Virus record (IMG/VR): IMGVR_UViG_3300023184_000031
Span: 106,256 to 170,255 of that record
From: a virus
Taxonomy: Duplodnaviria; Heunggongvirae; Uroviricota; Caudoviricetes
DNA: 64,000 bases
Direction: 5' to 3' (one strand)
Part shown: positions 56,234 through 64,000 of the stretch, one piece after another
Layout: every line of letters begins with the position of its first letter
Position numbering within the stretch: position 1 is the first letter of the stretch
Notes under the pieces: model-generated
The model's input: only the letters and a program-made list of their open reading frames with translations
Database searches by the model: none
Told to the model about the DNA's origin: nothing
Position numbers and translations under genes: made by a program

Positions 56234-56428
56234 ATGGCAATCCAAACCAAGGACGACGCACAATCAAAAGCAGACAGACGCTTAGATAGAAATCTAAATC
56301 AACCGGCAAGACCAAAGAAGTACATTCCACTAATTGAAAGAAAATTTAGTGATTTAGTATCATTAGAAGATCAATTAAAATGGGTTGAATTAAAGAAAAA
56401 ACAAAAAGACAAAGATCAAACATGGTAG
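56234..56428 (+). CDS. Basic hypothetical protein.
   Basis: ORF. Confidence 0.4.
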   Translation: MAIQTKDDAQSKADRRLDRNLNQPARPKKYIPLIERKFSDLVSLEDQLKWVELKKKQKDKDQTW

Positions 56429-56700
56429 TAGTAATTATTATAATGGGTTTTACTATAGCAGCACTATTAGTATTTGTAATAATGTTGAATAGTATGATAG
56501 GAAGTTTAAATAAACAACTTATATTATTGGAGAAGGAACAACATACCCAAAATAAGGAAATAATGGAGTTGATGAAAGGCAATATAACGCATCAAGAAAT
56601 GTTGTTACAACACATTGAAATACTTAAATACTTGGTTGAGCAAGACCCTAAACTAAACTCAGGTAAACTATACTTCACAGGACCTATGGGAGAGGCATAA
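56422..56700 (+). CDS. TM + coiled-coil small protein.
   Basis: N-terminal hydrophobic helix 'VVVIIIMGFTIAALLVFVIML'. Confidence 0.45.
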   Translation: MVVVIIIMGFTIAALLVFVIMLNSMIGSLNKQLILLEKEQHTQNKEIMELMKGNITHQEMLLQHIEILKYLVEQDPKLNSGKLYFTGPMGEA

Positions 56701-56730
56701 CATATTATATTTATAATAAAATAATTTAAC

Positions 56731-56931
56731 ATGGATAATCATATATCATTTGAAAATATCCTTAGAGAATATGAAAGTAAATCTAAGGAGAGAAAAGAAA
56801 AACAACGAATAAAAAAACTAGCAAATATAAAAGAAAATCAAATTTCCCCTTTAGTTACAAATGGAGTCACAGAATTTAGAAAACTTATAAATCAAATTAA
56901 AGATGAAGTTAAGAGAAGAGGAAGTAAGTGA
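56731..56931 (+). CDS. Hypothetical protein.
   Basis: ORF. Confidence 0.4.
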   Translation: MDNHISFENILREYESKSKERKEKQRIKKLANIKENQISPLVTNGVTEFRKLINQIKDEVKRRGSK

Positions 56932-57157
56932 TTTAGTTTATTTAGGTAAAAGATTAGATAAAGTATTAAAATATTTAATAGAATCTAAATCCGAATTTAA
57001 AGATAATTTCTTAGAATATATTAATAACTATTTTCTACCAATAATAAATGGTGATATTACTCAAGAAGAAGAAGATTATTTCTTTGAAGAAATGGATAAT
57101 ATTATAGATGAATTAGAAGAAATATTTTCCCAAACATTTGAGAATAAAATATCATAA
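56903..57157 (+). CDS. Acidic hypothetical protein.
   Basis: ORF. Confidence 0.4.
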   Translation: MKLREEEVSDLVYLGKRLDKVLKYLIESKSEFKDNFLEYINNYFLPIINGDITQEEEDYFFEEMDNIIDELEEIFSQTFENKIS

Positions 57158-57182
57158 TATTTATGATTAAAAATTAAAAAAC

Positions 57183-57350
57183 ATGTCAGCACAAACAGAA
57201 ATGAAAGTAATCAGCGTCTTGTTAGACGAGGCAATGAATGAAGGTCTAGAAGTAGAAGTCATTTATTCTGCTCTGAAAGTAATGAGAGAGGAAGAAACAA
57301 TGACGCCATCTCAAGCATTTCAAGAGGCAATGAACGAATGGGTAAAATAA
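57183..57350 (+). CDS. Small hypothetical protein, 55 aa.
   Basis: ORF MSAQTEMKVISVLLDEAMNEGLEV...; not in the ORF track. Confidence 0.3.
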   Translation: MSAQTEMKVISVLLDEAMNEGLEVEVIYSALKVMREEETMTPSQAFQEAMNEWVK

Positions 57351-57616
57351 AGATTTTGATTTTTGGTTATAATAGATGGGTAGGGCAAAATGCTCTACCT
57401 ATCTTTATTTCAAATAAAAAAGTTATGAGTATAAAATTAATACAAACAGAAACAACATTTGATGTTGAATATAATGAACAAACATATAGTGTTACAATGT
57501 TAGAAGATAGTGTTAGTTTAGGTTATACACAATATGATGTGTATAATGAAGAGGGTGAATTAGTTGAAGGTGATTTAGAAGAAGAAATAATCAACTACTT
57601 AGAAGAAAATATCTAA
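57338..57616 (+). CDS. Hypothetical protein.
   Basis: ORF. Confidence 0.4.
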   Translation: MGKIKILIFGYNRWVGQNALPIFISNKKVMSIKLIQTETTFDVEYNEQTYSVTMLEDSVSLGYTQYDVYNEEGELVEGDLEEEIINYLEENI

Positions 57617-57663
57617 GGCACAATTTCAGTCGTATATTCACGTTAACCAAAAATAAATAAGTT

Positions 57664-58473
57664 ATGAAAAAAAGAGGTAGACCATCTAAAGTGCAAAATG
57701 TAGTTCATGTTCCGTCACTAATTGACTTCGGACAAATTACAATGCTTAACCAACTAAACATTGACAGGCGAATGCTTGAATCAATGGAAACAGAAAGTGA
57801 AGTAATTAATCAGTTATTCAGTGATGAAGGAGGTATTCCGTGTGCATCAAATTACATGATGATTGGAGATCCTGGTGTAGGTAAAACTACAGTATTATTG
57901 GATGTACTTGCTATGGTTCAAAACTATGACCGACAACGTAAGTGTTTGTTCATTAGTGGTGAAATGGGACGTAAGCAAATGTTCAAATATACAGAGCGTT
58001 TCCCGCAGTTCGGATTTGTTAAAACGCTATTCATGGCTGATTATCTTGAGTACAACACTAAAGATGTATTTGAGCAAATATTATCACAAGGATGGGATTT
58101 GATTCTAATTGATAGTGCCGCTGAAATTATTGATGGTGTTAGGGATGATAATGGATGGGATAGAAAAACTGCTGAAGCATGGTTCGTTGATATATGCATC
58201 AAGCATAATAAAGGCGAGAATACAGGAAGAAAATATACATCGTTTCTAGCTATTCAGCAAGTGACTAAACAAGGCGAATTCGTAGGTAGCAACAAATTAA
58301 AACACCTTTTTGATGCAATGGGAGAGATGCGTCGTGAGTCTGAACGTAACGGAGGAGGTACATATATTGCATTTACTAAGAATAGAAACGGAAATGTAGG
58401 TATTAAATTCAGTTACCAATTAGAAAACGGAAATATATCCTATGGTATATTAAATGAAGAAGTAGATGCTTAG
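57664..58473 (+). CDS. RecA-superfamily P-loop ATPase (DnaB C-terminal/RadA/Sak4-like).
   Basis: Walker A 'GDPGVGKTT'. Walker B 'LILIDSAAEI'. 269 aa. Preceded by the conserved promoter motif. Confidence 0.65.
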   Translation: MKKRGRPSKVQNVVHVPSLIDFGQITMLNQLNIDRRMLESMETESEVINQLFSDEGGIPCASNYMMIGDPGVGKTTVLLDVLAMVQNYDRQRKCLFISGEMGRKQMFKYTERFPQFGFVKTLFMADYLEYNTKDVFEQILSQGWDLILIDSAAEIIDGVRDDNGWDRKTAEAWFVDICIKHNKGENTGRKYTSFLAIQQVTKQGEFVGSNKLKHLFDAMGEMRRESERNGGGTYIAFTKNRNGNVGIKFSYQLENGNISYGILNEEVDA

Positions 58474-58516
58474 GCACTACTTCTTTCTTACATTCACATC
58501 ACACAAATAATTAATT

Positions 58517-58711
58517 ATGCAAACAGCAGTAGAATGGTTAGCAGAAATAGTATGTAAAATGGGTTACGTTTCTTCTAACATAGTAGAACAAGCCAAACAA
58601 ATGGAAAAGCAACAGATAATGGATGCTGCAAATACGTTATTGTATCACTCAACAGGACCAGGTAATACAGCAGCAGAACAATACTACAATGAAACATTTA
58701 AAAAAGATTAG
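58517..58711 (+). CDS. Hypothetical protein.
   Basis: ORF. Confidence 0.4.
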   Translation: MQTAVEWLAEIVCKMGYVSSNIVEQAKQMEKQQIMDAANTLLYHSTGPGNTAAEQYYNETFKKD

Positions 58712-58713
58712 TT

Positions 58714-58929
58714 ATGGAATTTAAAAACGAAGACGAACTAAAACAATACATCAAACGCGTACTAGAAGAAGGTGATATATCGCCTGGTTATATTGATAAC
58801 TATATTGACTGTATAATGGCTTATAGCTCAGTAGAAGATTATGTTGGTGTAACAGACGAAGCGGTTTGGGGTGATTTTAGTGATTGGATGGATGATGATA
58901 TTGATTGGAAGGCAAAGCAACAATGGTAG
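58714..58929 (+). CDS. Acidic hypothetical protein.
   Basis: ORF. Confidence 0.4.
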   Translation: MEFKNEDELKQYIKRVLEEGDISPGYIDNYIDCIMAYSSVEDYVGVTDEAVWGDFSDWMDDDIDWKAKQQW

Positions 58930-59141
58930 ATTCACATTATAAAATAAAAGTTATGATAGTAAAAATTAATTTGACAATATTAATAGTTTTAGCGATTCTC
59001 GCATGTGGGAGTGGAATAATGCTGAATGTAGATGAAAAAAGAGAAGAATTTTGGCTTAAAACCGGTCAGACTCTTCTTGCATTAATGTTTATAGAATGCG
59101 CAGTGTGGTTACTAATATCAATATGGACAGATCAAATATAG
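58905..59141 (+). CDS. Small membrane protein.
   Basis: Two hydrophobic helices. Confidence 0.4.
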   Translation: MEGKATMVDSHYKIKVMIVKINLTILIVLAILACGSGIMLNVDEKREEFWLKTGQTLLALMFIECAVWLLISIWTDQI

Positions 59142-59254
59142 TTAGATGGCGAAATAGAGTAGACGCACCGTGCCGAAAGCCCCCGCAACAAAGAACGGCA
59201 ATACGGAGAGAGCATTGGGCGACTTTCATACAGGTTCAAGTCCTGTTCTAACTA
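59140..59254 (+). tRNA. Atypical ~115 nt class-II (Leu-type) tRNA-like gene with an enlarged central region.
   Basis: Acceptor agttaga/tctaact. Leu-like D-arm 'tggcgaaatagagtagacgc'. T-arm acagg-ttcaagt-cctgt. The central stem ccgtgccg/cggc..tacgg encloses ~20 nt; no canonical 7-nt anticodon loop found. Confidence 0.4.
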
Positions 59255-59269
59255 CTAAAAATAAATGTT

Positions 59270-59560
59270 ATGCAAAGTATTTACAAATCACCACTAGGAC
59301 TCTCAGTCGAAAAGTATGATTGGGATAAAAACTTCACCATTACAGGTAAGTTATTCAAATCAATGACAATGAAGGAATTTGATTCTGCTTATGATGTAGA
59401 AGATTTCATTCAAGCAAAAATTAACTGTAAAGGAATAGATTTTGATAGTGAATATTGTCAATTCTTTGCATACGCCAAAACTAAAAACCGAGCAATGACG
59501 TTTGTTAAGGAAATAGAAGATTATTTCGCTAAGGTAAGAGAGATGTTGTCGGCAAAATAA
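59270..59560 (+). CDS. Hypothetical protein.
   Basis: ORF. Confidence 0.45.
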   Translation: MQSIYKSPLGLSVEKYDWDKNFTITGKLFKSMTMKEFDSAYDVEDFIQAKINCKGIDFDSEYCQFFAYAKTKNRAMTFVKEIEDYFAKVREMLSAK

Positions 59561-59611
59561 AAATCGTACATTCACGTTATACAAATAATTAAAAACCAAA
59601 AACAAATAGTT

Positions 59612-59935
59612 ATGACAAAGCAATCAACAATCGAGTTATTAGAAAAACAATTACCTGGATTTTATTCAGTAGAACAAGTTATTAAGTTAATTAATGACAT
59701 TGAAGAATCAGAAACATTTGAGTTTCATAGTGATTCAATTGAAGAATTAACTAGTAATATTGTTGACGCATTAGACAGCGAAGGAACAGATCTTATTGAT
59801 GATTATGATTTGAGTATGAATTCTAGAGAAGTAGAACTTGATAGTATAGAATTTGATACAAGTAGAATTAGACGTGTAGTTGAAGATGCATTAGAAGAGT
59901 TTATGGAACAACTTAAACAAGCAGATGCCGAATAG
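59612..59935 (+). CDS. Acidic hypothetical protein.
   Basis: Preceded by the 'cgtacattcacgttat' motif. Confidence 0.45.
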   Translation: MTKQSTIELLEKQLPGFYSVEQVIKLINDIEESETFEFHSDSIEELTSNIVDALDSEGTDLIDDYDLSMNSREVELDSIEFDTSRIRRVVEDALEEFMEQLKQADAE

Positions 59936-59976
59936 GCACTGCTTTTTTTATACATTCACCCTATAAATAAACAGTT

Positions 59977-60147
59977 ATGAAACAAACGCTAACCGCACTC
60001 GCATGCATTCTAGTAATGGCAAGTTGTTATACAATTAAAGCCGACAATCAACACCACAAATATACCTACACATTTAAACGAAGTGGTGTAATATATCAAG
60101 TAACACAAGATTATACTAAAATAATCACGATTGATACATTAAGGTAG
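59977..60147 (+). CDS. Small lipoprotein, 56 aa.
   Basis: 'MKQTLTALACILVMASC' signal peptide with lipobox. Not in the ORF track. Confidence 0.35.
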   Translation: MKQTLTALACILVMASCYTIKADNQHHKYTYTFKRSGVIYQVTQDYTKIITIDTLR

Positions 60148-60160
60148 TATTTATGGTTGT

Positions 60161-60463
60161 ATGACCAAATTAATATTAACCATTATCTTAATGCTAATGT
60201 TATGTTCAGCTACTGCTCAACGCAGTAAAGATACAGTTATTGTTTGGTATAGTCCACCAGTGTATGATAATAATTTATTAGTTCAAAAGAAAGCAAGAGT
60301 ATTTACTAACTGCATACCAACACATCAAGATACAATTGACTTTGGTGAGCGATTAGATATAGAATGGTTTGAAAGTTTCAATAATGGTTTACAGCAAGCC
60401 TTAGATAGTTTTAGAAGAACAGTATTGAAAGGCAAAGCAAAAAGCGGACATTTACAGTATTAA
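60161..60463 (+). CDS. Secreted small protein.
   Basis: Signal peptide 'MTKLILTIILMLMLCSATAQ'. Confidence 0.45.
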   Translation: MTKLILTIILMLMLCSATAQRSKDTVIVWYSPPVYDNNLLVQKKARVFTNCIPTHQDTIDFGERLDIEWFESFNNGLQQALDSFRRTVLKGKAKSGHLQY

Positions 60464-60483
60464 ATAATTAAAACAAATCAGTT

Positions 60484-60741
60484 ATGGCAGAATTCAGTAA
60501 ACAATTTTGTGAAATAAAAGACATGGGTTTTGATGGTGATTTTGATGTATATGAAGAATGGTCTAAGTTAACACCCGGCTACGCAGTAGCTTATATATGC
60601 GAAGGATTTGGTTTCAGTATGATTGGTAAGAAAGAATCAAGTGATGAAGTGTTTGTGTATATGCATGATTGGGATAATCCTGAGAATGGTAAATGGGTTA
60701 ATTTTGATGATTTGGTTTTGAAGGCAAAATCCAATTCGTAG
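60484..60741 (+). CDS. Hypothetical protein.
   Basis: ORF. Confidence 0.4.
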   Translation: MAEFSKQFCEIKDMGFDGDFDVYEEWSKLTPGYAVAYICEGFGFSMIGKKESSDEVFVYMHDWDNPENGKWVNFDDLVLKAKSNS

Positions 60742-60768
60742 ATTCACGTTAACCAAAAATAAATAATT

Positions 60769-60969
60769 ATGAAAATTGAATTTTTTAAAGAAACAAAAGT
60801 AAACGGTAAAGAATTATATTTTACTAGAGTCAATAGTAGTTTCGTTGATGGTAGTTTAGAATTCGATCAGGATAAAGCAAAAACAATATACGATAATATT
60901 GTAGCGAATGGTGGTAAAATGACAATTGAAGAAGTACTCGAATCAGTAGAGATTGAAGTGGCAGAGTAA
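60769..60969 (+). CDS. Hypothetical protein.
   Basis: Preceded by the full promoter motif. Confidence 0.45.
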   Translation: MKIEFFKETKVNGKELYFTRVNSSFVDGSLEFDQDKAKTIYDNIVANGGKMTIEEVLESVEIEVAE

Positions 60970-61006
60970 TAGTCGTAGATTCACGTTAACCAAAAAATAA
61001 AACGTT

Positions 61007-61279
61007 ATGAAATTAAAAATGAGTGATTACGATGCAATGAGTACTGAAGATTTAAGAGCTATTAATAAAATGGTAGTTAAAATACTCAGAAGTAGACAAA
61101 ACGATAAGCTAGAAGAAATTAAAGACCAACTCAGGGTCGGTTCTAAAGTAACAATCAATCACTCCAGAACACACGGCGAAACATTTACCATTACAGAAAT
61201 TAGACGCAAACGAGCTACAGTTAAGGGTCAATATGGTAGTTCACTTAATGTTCCAATTGCATTAGTAACATTGTGTTAG
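61007..61279 (+). CDS. Hypothetical protein.
   Basis: Preceded by the full promoter motif. Confidence 0.45.
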   Translation: MKLKMSDYDAMSTEDLRAINKMVVKILRSRQNDKLEEIKDQLRVGSKVTINHSRTHGETFTITEIRRKRATVKGQYGSSLNVPIALVTLC

Positions 61280-61322
61280 GCACAATTCAAAGCGTAAATT
61301 CACATTAACCAAATAATTAGTT

Positions 61323-61628
61323 ATGAAAAAAACATTCAAGGAAATAGGTGGTACATCATTCCACGACACAACAGTAGGTACTACAGTTCACACATTAACT
61401 AAAATATTAGGCGAACCAGAATACTCAGGTAATGATGGTAAAGATAAAATAAATTTTCAATGGGAAATGGAAACGAGTAGTGGTGATGTGTTTACAGTAT
61501 ATGATTATAAAACATATAGACCATTAGACGAACACGAAATAATTGAGTTTCATATTGGTGGTCACAGTAAAGCAGTGACAGAACAAGCTAAAAATGAAAT
61601 GTACGATACAATGGCGAACCTAAAATAG
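61323..61628 (+). CDS. Hypothetical protein.
   Basis: Preceded by the promoter motif. Confidence 0.45.
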   Translation: MKKTFKEIGGTSFHDTTVGTTVHTLTKILGEPEYSGNDGKDKINFQWEMETSSGDVFTVYDYKTYRPLDEHEIIEFHIGGHSKAVTEQAKNEMYDTMANLK

Positions 61629-61676
61629 GCAAAATAGCAGTCGTATATTCACATCACACAACAATACGTATATACA

Positions 61677-61829
61677 ATGACAGTAGAAGAAGCAAAATCA
61701 GCACTAATTGACTTGTTAAAAGAACAAGTAGAACAACTATCAGTAATGTCCAAAATCGAATTGGGTGACGATGTGATAGAAGAATATAACAGATTAAGTG
61801 AAGTAATTGCGGCAAAGGAACAATCATAA
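61677..61829 (+). CDS. Small hypothetical protein, 50 aa.
   Basis: ORF MTVEEAKSALIDLLKEQ...; preceded by 'cgtatattcacatcacaca'. Confidence 0.3.
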   Translation: MTVEEAKSALIDLLKEQVEQLSVMSKIELGDDVIEEYNRLSEVIAAKEQS

Positions 61830-61855
61830 ATTTAATTAACCAAAAACAATTAATT

Positions 61856-62089
61856 ATGGCAATTTACGGAGATGGTAAACACAACGAAAATATGGAATAT
61901 ACATCTAATACAAACGAAAAAGATTTATTCCTTTGGAAAGACGGCGACTATGACGCCCAAGGCGGATTCTTCGTTAGAAACGACCTTAAAGTATTTATTA
62001 ATAAATTAATCGAAGCAGGACACAAACCAGTAGGTATTAAGGTCGATTTAGAATCATTTAATTTAGAAGTATTAGTGGCGGCAGAATAA
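61856..62089 (+). CDS. Hypothetical protein.
   Basis: ORF. Confidence 0.4.
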   Translation: MAIYGDGKHNENMEYTSNTNEKDLFLWKDGDYDAQGGFFVRNDLKVFINKLIEAGHKPVGIKVDLESFNLEVLVAAE

Positions 62090-62125
62090 ATGTATTAGAT
62101 TTAATTAACCAAAAAATAATTAGTT

Positions 62126-62323
62126 ATGAATAATTCTTACAGCGATTCTTATGGTGTATTTTGTATGGCAATGTTAATGGATAAACACAACACAAAGGAG
62201 TTAGATGTGTGGTGGGATGAAGCGATTGAGTTATATAAGGAATTTATTAAAAGTAAATTTAATAATTCTAATCAATCAGAATTAGATTGTATAAATCAAT
62301 TTATAACGAGTAAGGCAGAGTAA
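62126..62323 (+). CDS. Hypothetical protein.
   Basis: ORF. Confidence 0.4.
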   Translation: MNNSYSDSYGVFCMAMLMDKHNTKELDVWWDEAIELYKEFIKSKFNNSNQSELDCINQFITSKAE

Positions 62324-62359
62324 TGATCGTATATTCAATTAACCAAAAAATAATTAGTT

Positions 62360-62578
62360 ATGACACAATTCGAAGAAAATAATCCTCAACAACTTAAAGA
62401 ATTTATTCGTCAATTAATGATACTCACAGACGAATTTCACCCAAACATATATACAATAGAGGGTGTATGGGAAGGTGTAACTAAAATTCAACAATCAGTT
62501 ACTAATGTGTTAGCAGGTAATAATGATGCAGATATGGAGGTACAAGACTATAATGTGTTTGGTGAAGATAAGATATAG
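62360..62578 (+). CDS. Hypothetical protein.
   Basis: Preceded by the promoter motif. Confidence 0.4.
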   Translation: MTQFEENNPQQLKEFIRQLMILTDEFHPNIYTIEGVWEGVTKIQQSVTNVLAGNNDADMEVQDYNVFGEDKI

Positions 62579-62624
62579 TAGGCACAGTTTTTTTTGTACA
62601 TTCATTTTAACCAAAAAATCAGTT

Positions 62625-62750
62625 ATGAGCTTCAAACAAGAATTAATAAAATTATTATCAGAGGATTGTATAGAAATGGGATTTATAATTTATATAGCGG
62701 CAGTTGTAACTCTTATAGCTATAAGGCAACGAGATAAGGCACAACAATAG
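62625..62750 (+). CDS. Tiny TM protein, 41 aa.
   Basis: 'MSFKQELIKLLSEDCIEMGFIIYIAAVVTLIAI'. The promoter motif sits just upstream, so the listed start at 62523 is unlikely. Confidence 0.3.
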   Translation: MSFKQELIKLLSEDCIEMGFIIYIAAVVTLIAIRQRDKAQQ

Positions 62751-62783
62751 TCGTATATTCACATTAACCAAAAATAATTAGTT

Positions 62784-62963
62784 ATGCAATTAGAAGAATT
62801 AAAACAACAAGTCATTAATAAATTAGGTGAAATGTATAATGAACATTTTATAATCGACATTAATGAGTGTAATAGTGGATATGAGTTATTGTATACATTA
62901 GAGGAATATGGTTATGATACACAAGGCGGTTTACATATTTTATTCTCAATTCTAATTGATTAG
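62784..62963 (+). CDS. Small hypothetical protein, 59 aa.
   Basis: ORF after the promoter motif; not in the ORF track. Confidence 0.3.
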   Translation: MQLEELKQQVINKLGEMYNEHFIIDINECNSGYELLYTLEEYGYDTQGGLHILFSILID

Positions 62964-63009
62964 GCACAGTTTTTTTTGTACATTCATTTAAACCAAAAAA
63001 TAATTTTTT

Positions 63010-63270
63010 ATGCCAAACATGAGTTATTGCCAATTCGAAAACACATACAAAGATTTGTTACAATGCCTAAACGCAATGAACGATGATTTAAGCGAAGACG
63101 AAACAGCATATAAACGCCGTTTAGTTGATGTTTGTAAAGAAATCATTGACGAGTACGAACTGAATAAAATGAGTAATGAAGAAGACGGTGAATGGGGATT
63201 TGATATAGTAGAACTGGAACGTGGGGAGAATGATAATGACGATATACCGTGGGATACTCAGACAAGATAA
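63010..63270 (+). CDS. Acidic hypothetical protein.
   Basis: Preceded by the promoter motif. Confidence 0.45.
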   Translation: MPNMSYCQFENTYKDLLQCLNAMNDDLSEDETAYKRRLVDVCKEIIDEYELNKMSNEEDGEWGFDIVELERGENDNDDIPWDTQTR

Positions 63271-63325
63271 TATGGTTTTTTTGGCAAGGTTTTTTGTGTA
63301 AATCCAATTAATAAATAAAATAACA

Positions 63326-63529
63326 ATGAATATAATAGAAATACAAACAATACAAACGACGGCGAATATAGTAGGATGGTTTTTTTTAATCGCGTCGTGG
63401 GTAACACCGAGATTTTTTAAGCAAGAAAAGACGAAGGGATATGGGTTAGGTATAGCTTTTGCTGTAACAGCAATTGCGTTTTTTATGGTTGCTTTAGGTA
63501 TTAGTATTGCTGCTGTATTTAATAGATAA
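63326..63529 (+). CDS. Small membrane protein.
   Basis: Two hydrophobic helices. Confidence 0.45.
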   Translation: MNIIEIQTIQTTANIVGWFFLIASWVTPRFFKQEKTKGYGLGIAFAVTAIAFFMVALGISIAAVFNR

Positions 63530-63960
63530 TGTTTTTACTTCGCTTCTAATGCGCTAATACACATATGTTTTTGTGTTAAAATATCACGTTTTTGTGTAAT
63601 AAATGCGCCTTTTTTGTGCTAGGTATAGATGGGTTTATAAATTAAATGGGTGTCAAACATAAATGCGTCTATAATATAGTCCGGTCTATAAGATAGACCA
63701 TATATACGAGCCGTTATGTATGTGGAATAGATGTGGAGTATGTGGTATGCGGTGATGTGAAGAATCCATTTTTATGCCCCGCCCCGCCACGTTTCTTTGT
63801 TATAAAGCATTTTTTTGGCACAACTTTTTTTGTACATTCACGCTATGAAAACAATAATACGATATCTAAAGGCGTTAAATTTTTTGCTGGATATATTTTT
63901 GTTATGGTGGGTTTGGAGTTGGATTTTTGATGAAATAAAGAGGGAAAGGCAAGAAAAAAA
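63530..63960. promoter_or_regulatory. ~430 bp non-coding, repeat-rich region; candidate origin or regulatory/packaging region.
   Basis: Four copies of 'TTTTTGTG(T/C)'. Three copies of 'AATGCG(C/T)C'. Four copies of 'ATGTGG'. Inverted repeat 'ggtctata-ag-atagacc' (63683-63699). GC-rich 'ccccgccccgcc'. Confidence 0.4.
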
Positions 63961-64000
63961 GCGTAAATTCAATTAACCAAATAAATAAAAATGAGTAAAA

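Noticed and set aside
57902-58102. + strand 66-aa ORF.
   Set aside because: Internal alternative frame of the RecA-fold ATPase gene.
63733-63930. 65-aa ORF in the terminal region.
   Set aside because: Lies in the repeat- and iteron-rich non-coding stretch and lacks the conserved start context or promoter motif seen for real small genes nearby.
1-64000. CRISPR arrays, integrase or attachment sites.
   Set aside because: No spaced direct-repeat array and no tyrosine/serine recombinase motifs seen. The repeats present are promoter or terminator motifs and intragenic repeats, so a lytic rather than integrative element is favoured. Genes outside the window cannot be excluded.

Overview
This 64 kb, AT-rich (~30% GC) window is almost certainly part of a large lytic phage of a Bacteroidota host. 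Every credible gene lies on the + strand, and there are several ATGA stop/start overlaps. From start to end it contains: (i) a 5'-truncated tail-fibre-like gene with about 20 tandem 'YSHAEG' repeats. (ii) A replication module: GIY-YIG homing endonuclease, family-B DNA polymerase, putative sliding clamp, GroES and GroEL, RFC-like clamp loader and a Cas4-like Fe-S nuclease. (iii) A ~20 kb glycan biosynthesis island (13.2-33.9 kb). It carries GT4, GT2 and GT10 glycosyltransferases, GDP-mannose 4,6-dehydratase, a Fcl-like epimerase/reductase, a DegT-family enzyme with Lys->His active site (3-dehydratase type), an RmlB-like 4,6-dehydratase, an acetolactate-synthase-like ThDP enzyme (YerE-like sugar-branching candidate), several SDR reductases, an FkbM methyltransferase, a HAD-nucleotidyltransferase fusion and a short GDPD. 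(iv) An orphan ClpP. (v) A tRNA island with tRNA-Gln, an over-long Ser-type tRNA-like gene, tRNA-Glu, an HNH endonuclease and a complete tmRNA whose tag ends ADEYALAA*. (vi) A lysis region with an M15 peptidase endolysin and small transmembrane proteins. (vii) A run of terminator-bounded moron cassettes encoding host-envelope-type proteins: a TolB/OmpA-like protein, an outer-membrane beta-barrel, a metallophosphoesterase, an SPFH protein and an Ig-domain C1 cysteine-peptidase lipoprotein. (viii) Three proteins with type IX secretion features: a type-B CTD protein, a PKD protein and a beta-helix protein with a type-A CTD. (ix) From 52.6 to 63.5 kb, more than 30 tiny ORFs, each preceded by a conserved ~35 nt promoter-like motif (GTAyATTCAcgTTAACCAAAAAtAAnTAAGTTATG), plus a RecA-fold ATPase and a second over-long Leu-type tRNA-like gene. 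(x) A ~430 bp non-coding iteron-rich region at the 3' end. The most novel candidates are the phage-borne deoxysugar/glycosylation island, the phage-encoded T9SS cargo proteins, and the tmRNA with atypical tRNA-like genes.
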